A stretch of 24,296 nt of DNA from positions 1 through 24,296 of the forward strand of contig JBEKXS010000003.1 of NCBI GenBank assembly GCA_049511795.1, in the 5' to 3' direction. Below are positions 21,451 to 24,296 of this stretch, piece after piece. The notes under the pieces are model-generated. The model saw only the letters and a list, made by a program, of their open reading frames with translations, made no database searches and was not told the origin of the DNA. Position 1 is the stretch's first letter; every line of letters begins with the position of its first letter. The stretch comes from Candidatus Saccharimonadota bacterium. Lineage in GTDB: Archaea; Nanobdellota; Nanobdellia; Pacearchaeales; GW2011-AR1. Made by a program: the position numbers and the translations under genes.

Positions 21451-21581
21451 CACAAACAACTAACCAACCAAATCCCTATAAACAACTAAGAAAAGAAATC
21501 ATACAAATATATTATGAACTTGGAAAAACCTTAGAAAAAGTTGATAGGATATTAAAAAGATTACAGAACGAAACACAATGA
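21447..21581 (+). CDS. Hypothetical 44-aa protein
   Basis: Manual; ATGA overlaps at both ends. Confidence 0.35.
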   Translation: MTQTTNQPNPYKQLRKEIIQIYYELGKTLEKVDRILKRLQNETQ

Positions 21582-21584
21582 CAA

Positions 21585-21656
21585 CACAAAAACAAACAAA
21601 ACAAACAGAGGAGAGCAAAGAATGAAAACTAAAAAAGAAATACTAAAGATGACTGA
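21585..21656 (+). repeat. 72-nt perfect repeat, copy 2 (identical to 20354-20425)
   Basis: Base-by-base identity. Confidence 0.9.
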
Positions 21657-21858
21657 AAAAGAACTTCAAGATTATAAATGGAGTTCTGATTTAGATATTA
21701 AAGAAGAGAAGAAAGAAACTAACTCTGACTGCTCTGACTGCTTTAACTGCTCTAACTGCAGAAACATAAAAACATATTCGAAGTTTATGATATGCAATGT
21801 TCAGCTTACAGAAAAAGAATACAGAAAGAAGATGAAGGAGTTGAAGAATGAAAACTAA
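21622..21858 (+). CDS. Cys-rich 78-aa protein (SDCSDCFNCSNC), MKTKKEILKMT leader
   Basis: ORF track. Confidence 0.55.
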   Translation: MKTKKEILKMTEKELQDYKWSSDLDIKEEKKETNSDCSDCFNCSNCRNIKTYSKFMICNVQLTEKEYRKKMKELKNEN

Positions 21859-22252
21859 AATAACTGAAACAGAAACAGAATACATAGTTAACGGCGACTT
21901 GATACTTACAGAAGATTTCAAGATTTCAAAGCATCTCATAGTTCATGGAGATGTTGAAGGAAAAGACGGCGAGAGATTTAACATAAATGCACGGAACATA
22001 GATGCAGGGAACATAAATGCATGGAACATAGATGCAAGGAACATAGATGCAAGGAACATAAATGCATGGAACATAGATGCAAGGAACATAAATGCATTGG
22101 ACATAAATGCATGGAACATAGATGCATGGAACATAGATGCAAGGAACATAATCTGCGAAACTCGTGTTAAGAAAGATAAGAAATGCAAAACAATAGCGAG
22201 AATTTACATTAAAAATAGAAGCAAAATAAAGAGGAAAGAACATGACGACTGA
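21848..22252 (+). CDS. Pentapeptide-like repeat (beta-solenoid) protein, paralog 1 (134 aa)
   Basis: 11 consecutive 5-aa units (N/D)I(N/D)A(R/W/G/L). Fits a pentapeptide-repeat pattern with D/N at the i-1 position. Confidence 0.7.
   Translation: MKTKITETETEYIVNGDLILTEDFKISKHLIVHGDVEGKDGERFNINARNIDAGNINAWNIDARNIDARNINAWNIDARNINALDINAWNIDAWNIDARNIICETRVKKDKKCKTIARIYIKNRSKIKRKEHDD
21980..22144 (+). repeat. In-frame 15-bp tandem repeat, 11 copies (AACATAGATGCAAGG type)
   Basis: Read directly; the period of 15 matches the 5-aa protein repeat. Confidence 0.9.
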
Positions 22253-22652
22253 AACAGAAACAGAATACATAGTTAACGGCGACTTGATACTTGAAGAAGA
22301 TTTCAAGATTTCGAAAAATCTCATAGTTCACGGAAATATTAAAGGGAAAGACGGCGAGAGATTTAACATAGATGCATTAGACATAGATGCATGGAACATA
22401 GATGCAAGGAACATAGATGCAAGGAACATAAATGCAAGGAACATAAATGCAGGGGACATAAATGCATGGGACATAAATGCAGGGGACATAGATGCAGGGG
22501 ACATAAATGCAGGGAACATAAATGCATGGAACATAAATGCATTAGACATAATCTGCGAAACTCGTATTAAGAAGTTAAAGGAATGCAAAACAAAGGCGAG
22601 AATTTACATTAAAAATAAAAACAAAATAGAGAGGAAAGAATATGACGACTAA
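22242..22652 (+). CDS. Pentapeptide-like repeat (beta-solenoid) protein, paralog 2 (136 aa)
   Basis: 12 consecutive 5-aa units. N- and C-terminal flanks are highly similar to 21848..22252. Confidence 0.7.
   Translation: MTTETETEYIVNGDLILEEDFKISKNLIVHGNIKGKDGERFNIDALDIDAWNIDARNIDARNINARNINAGDINAWDINAGDIDAGDINAGNINAWNINALDIICETRIKKLKECKTKARIYIKNKNKIERKEYDD
22365..22544 (+). repeat. In-frame 15-bp tandem repeat, 12 copies
   Basis: Read directly. Confidence 0.9.
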
Positions 22653-23274
22653 AACAGAAATCTGCTCGTGTGGGCATGAAAGAAAAGAACATAAAAATGA
22701 TTATTATATGATGGGTTCTCAAAAGATAGTTGAAGAAGATGTATGTTGGCATAAAGAAGGTAATTATTATAATTGCTCCTGTAAAAAGTTCACACCTCAA
22801 ACTCCCGAAGACAAAAAGCCAAAAGTATTTATTGAAAGAGCAGAGCCATTAACAATAGAAGGAATAAGAGCAATTTGTATGAATGATGAAGATTATGCTA
22901 AATATAGAAAGGACAAAACTTCGGGGGATTTTTGTTTGAGTGATAAGATTTTGAGTAGAGTAAATCAAGTTAATGAACATTTTAAAGAATTAGATAAAAG
23001 GAAATTACCTTATGATATTAGAGAAAGAGCATTAATGACTTCTCTACCTTTGGTTATTCAAAATGATGTAAAAGAATTCGTGCGGAGATTGAAGTCTAAA
23101 TTTAAAGATGGATGTGGAATGGGTTTTACTTGGAATGACCAAGATGCCACTTGTGGAGATGATTTTGAATATGAAGGTAAGATTAAAGTTATCTTATGTT
23201 CTACTTGTCTTGAAAAGATAAAAGAAATAGACAAACTGTGTGGTTCAAAATTATCAGGAGAAAAAGATGCCTAA
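22642..23274 (+). CDS. Cys/His-rich 210-aa protein (putative zinc-binding N- and C-termini)
   Basis: ORF track. N-terminal TEICSCGHERKEH...CWH...CSC; C-terminal CGMG...CGDD...CSTC. Confidence 0.6.
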   Translation: MTTKTEICSCGHERKEHKNDYYMMGSQKIVEEDVCWHKEGNYYNCSCKKFTPQTPEDKKPKVFIERAEPLTIEGIRAICMNDEDYAKYRKDKTSGDFCLSDKILSRVNQVNEHFKELDKRKLPYDIRERALMTSLPLVIQNDVKEFVRRLKSKFKDGCGMGFTWNDQDATCGDDFEYEGKIKVILCSTCLEKIKEIDKLCGSKLSGEKDA

Positions 23275-23623
23275 GAAAGGATATATCAAAACAGAAGAGC
23301 ATAGAAAGAAACTAAGTAATTCTATTTTAGAATCTGATAAGGGTTTTCAGAAAGGACATCAGACTTGGAACAAACAAGGGAAAGGCAGACTTAAAAGAAA
23401 GTTCAAGAGAGTAGAAGGCAAGATGATACTTAACTCTCATCACGTTTGGCTTATGCACAATAATCTAAAGACTATACCTAAAGGGTATATAATTCATCAC
23501 AAAGACCTAAACTCTATGAATGATGACATCTCTAATCTTATCTTAATGACTGATATTGACCATAAGAAATTGCATGGAGAGTTAGATAGAAAACGATTTA
23601 TGGCGGAGGAAAAATTAATATGA
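23267..23623 (+). CDS. HNH homing-endonuclease-like protein (118 aa) with a NUMOD-like N-terminal motif
   Basis: I prefer ATG 23267 over GTG 23240. TEEHRKKLSNS; HHVW...GYIIHHKDLNSMNDDISNLILMTDIDHKKLH fits an HNH_3-type pattern. Confidence 0.75.
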   Translation: MPKKGYIKTEEHRKKLSNSILESDKGFQKGHQTWNKQGKGRLKRKFKRVEGKMILNSHHVWLMHNNLKTIPKGYIIHHKDLNSMNDDISNLILMTDIDHKKLHGELDRKRFMAEEKLI

Positions 23624-23778
23624 TTAGAACTGAAATTTGTGGGTGTAAATATCTTTTGGATATAGATGGAACTAAAACTTTCGTAGCATTTTGTAAAGAA
23701 CATTCTTTTCTTAATTTTGGAAGGCATCCAAATCAAATAAAACCAATTGTAAAATCGGGGGAAAAATTAAGCAAATGA
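23620..23778 (+). CDS. 52-aa Cys-containing protein (MIRTEICGCK...), N-terminus similar to 22642 ORF
   Basis: Manual; ATGA overlaps at both ends. Confidence 0.4.
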   Translation: MIRTEICGCKYLLDIDGTKTFVAFCKEHSFLNFGRHPNQIKPIVKSGEKLSK

Positions 23779-23897
23779 CACAAAAACAAATAAAACAAGA
23801 ACTTAAGAGAAAGGTTGAAGAAAGAGATTGGATAATAATAGCATTAGTAATATTATGGTTTTTAACTTTAGCTTTTTTTAATATGGGTTTATGGTAA
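23775..23897 (+). CDS. 40-aa single-pass membrane protein with MTQKQ leader
   Basis: Manual translation gives MTQKQIKQELKRKVEERDWIIIALVILWFLTLAFFNMGLW*. The leader is identical at nt level to the 216 ORF start. Confidence 0.45.
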   Translation: MTQKQIKQELKRKVEERDWIIIALVILWFLTLAFFNMGLW

Positions 23898-23898
23898 A

Positions 23899-23948
23899 AT
23901 GACATACTCCCATACCCTAAAGGGTAGGGTATCTTAAAGAAAATGGAA
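23899..23948 (+). repeat. 50-nt gene-boundary element, copy 2 (identical to 2761-2810)
   Basis: Perfect identity; hairpin at 23912-23932. Confidence 0.9.
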
Positions 23949-24296
23949 CTAAAGCAATTTATAAAACAAATACCAACACCAGAAGAAACACTTGTTGATT
24001 ATGATAAAAAGATAGCCGAACAAAAAGCTGAATATTATAGAAAGAACAAAGACAAGATAGCCGAATATCGTAGAAAGAACAAAGACAAGATAGCCGAATA
24101 TTTAGCTGAATATTATAGAAAGAACAAAGACAAGATAGCCGAATATTTAGCTGAATATTATAGAAAGAACAAAGACAAGATAGCCGAATATCGTAGAAAG
24201 AACAAAGACAAGATAGCCGAACAAAAAGCTGAATATTATAGAAAGAACAAAGACAAGATAGCTGAATATTTAGCTGAATATTATAGAAAGAACAAA
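23943..24296 (+). CDS. 5' part of the KIAEY/YRKNKDKI repeat protein (no stop in window; continues at nt 3..188 if circular)
   Basis: MELKQFIKQIPTPEETLVDYDK, followed by units KIAEQKAEYYRKNKD, KIAEYRRKNKD and KIAEYLAEYYRKNKD. There are 118 complete codons to the window edge. Confidence 0.7.
   Translation, partial: MELKQFIKQIPTPEETLVDYDKKIAEQKAEYYRKNKDKIAEYRRKNKDKIAEYLAEYYRKNKDKIAEYLAEYYRKNKDKIAEYRRKNKDKIAEQKAEYYRKNKDKIAEYLAEYYRKNK
24008..24296 (+). repeat. Coding tandem-repeat array of 33- and 45-bp units (continues into nt 1-125)
   Basis: Unit order read directly: 45a, 33b, 45c, 45c, 33b, 45a, 45c. Confidence 0.85.
24175..24296. repeat. Terminal direct overlap (identical to nt 1-122)
   Basis: See the first feature. 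Confidence 0.9.

Noticed and set aside
21926-22324. 132-aa minus-strand ORF with YVPCI repeats, plus the other minus-strand ORFs at 21943-22188 and 22328-22588
   Set aside because: They are the reverse-complement reading of the 15-bp coding repeats. They have no start context or RBS and fully overlap well-supported + strand genes.
21980-22544. The regular short repeats could be mistaken for a CRISPR array
   Set aside because: The period is 15 bp with no spacers. The repeats are in frame inside two ORFs with conserved non-repeat flanks. No leader or cas genes are present.
21980-22544. Diversity-generating retroelement (adenine mutagenesis), because the variable bases are often A in one unit
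   Set aside because: No reverse transcriptase or template repeat is present in the replicon. Many other A positions in the unit (AAC, ATA, AAT, GCA) never vary. Selection on exposed residues explains the pattern better.
1-24296. Interpretation as a bacterial phage or plasmid, because of strong GGAGG ribosome-binding sites and a resolvase-type recombinase
   Set aside because: The fusellovirus-like two-helix capsid proteins, the extreme N-x-S/T sequon density of the secreted proteins, and the absence of any bacterial phage structural or packaging genes all favour an archaeal virus. Many euryarchaeal and DPANN lineages also use SD sites. This remains an inference.

Overview
This window is AT-rich and very gene-dense. 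I count roughly 60 short ORFs. All but two are on the + strand. Many are chained by ATGA or TAATG stop/start overlaps and preceded by GGAGG-type Shine-Dalgarno motifs. Nt 1-122 are identical to nt 24175-24296, and an ORF starting at 23943 reads in frame across that junction to a stop at 186-188. The window therefore looks like one complete, circularly closing replicon of about 24,174 bp (or a terminally redundant one).

The content is viral and looks archaeal:
- A tandem pair of small two-helix hydrophobic proteins (6647-7152) resembles the fusellovirus VP1/VP3 major capsid protein.
- These are followed by signal-peptide and TM proteins extraordinarily rich in N-x-S/T sequons (7168-8433, 8476-9084, 14122-16446).
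- There is a 742-aa Ser/Ala/Gln-rich protein, many small membrane proteins, and a cluster of small basic proteins.
- A divergently transcribed P-loop ATPase lies at 5274-6140 on the minus strand.
- No DNA polymerase, terminase, portal or HK97/jelly-roll-like capsid gene is recognisable.
- Other recognisable genes are a 180-aa serine recombinase, a compact C5 cytosine methyltransferase, three homing-endonuclease-like genes (two HNH, one NUMOD3 plus Vsr/PD-(D/E)xK-like), small RHH-like and AbrB-like proteins, and a tandem pair of pentapeptide-like repeat (beta-solenoid) proteins.

The most unusual structure is a set of perfect 50-, 62- and 72-nt repeats that sit exactly on gene boundaries:
- The 50-nt and 62-nt elements, both hairpin-forming, flank two unrelated genes. 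This gives those genes identical first 2 and last 9 codons.
- Together they bracket the module that encodes the serine recombinase.
- The 72-nt repeat gives two further unrelated genes the same leader mini-ORF, RBS and first 11 codons.

I read this as a cassette and boundary-element architecture for modular gene exchange, possibly linked to the recombinase. Host, family assignment and all functions are inferred from motifs read by eye. No database search was possible.
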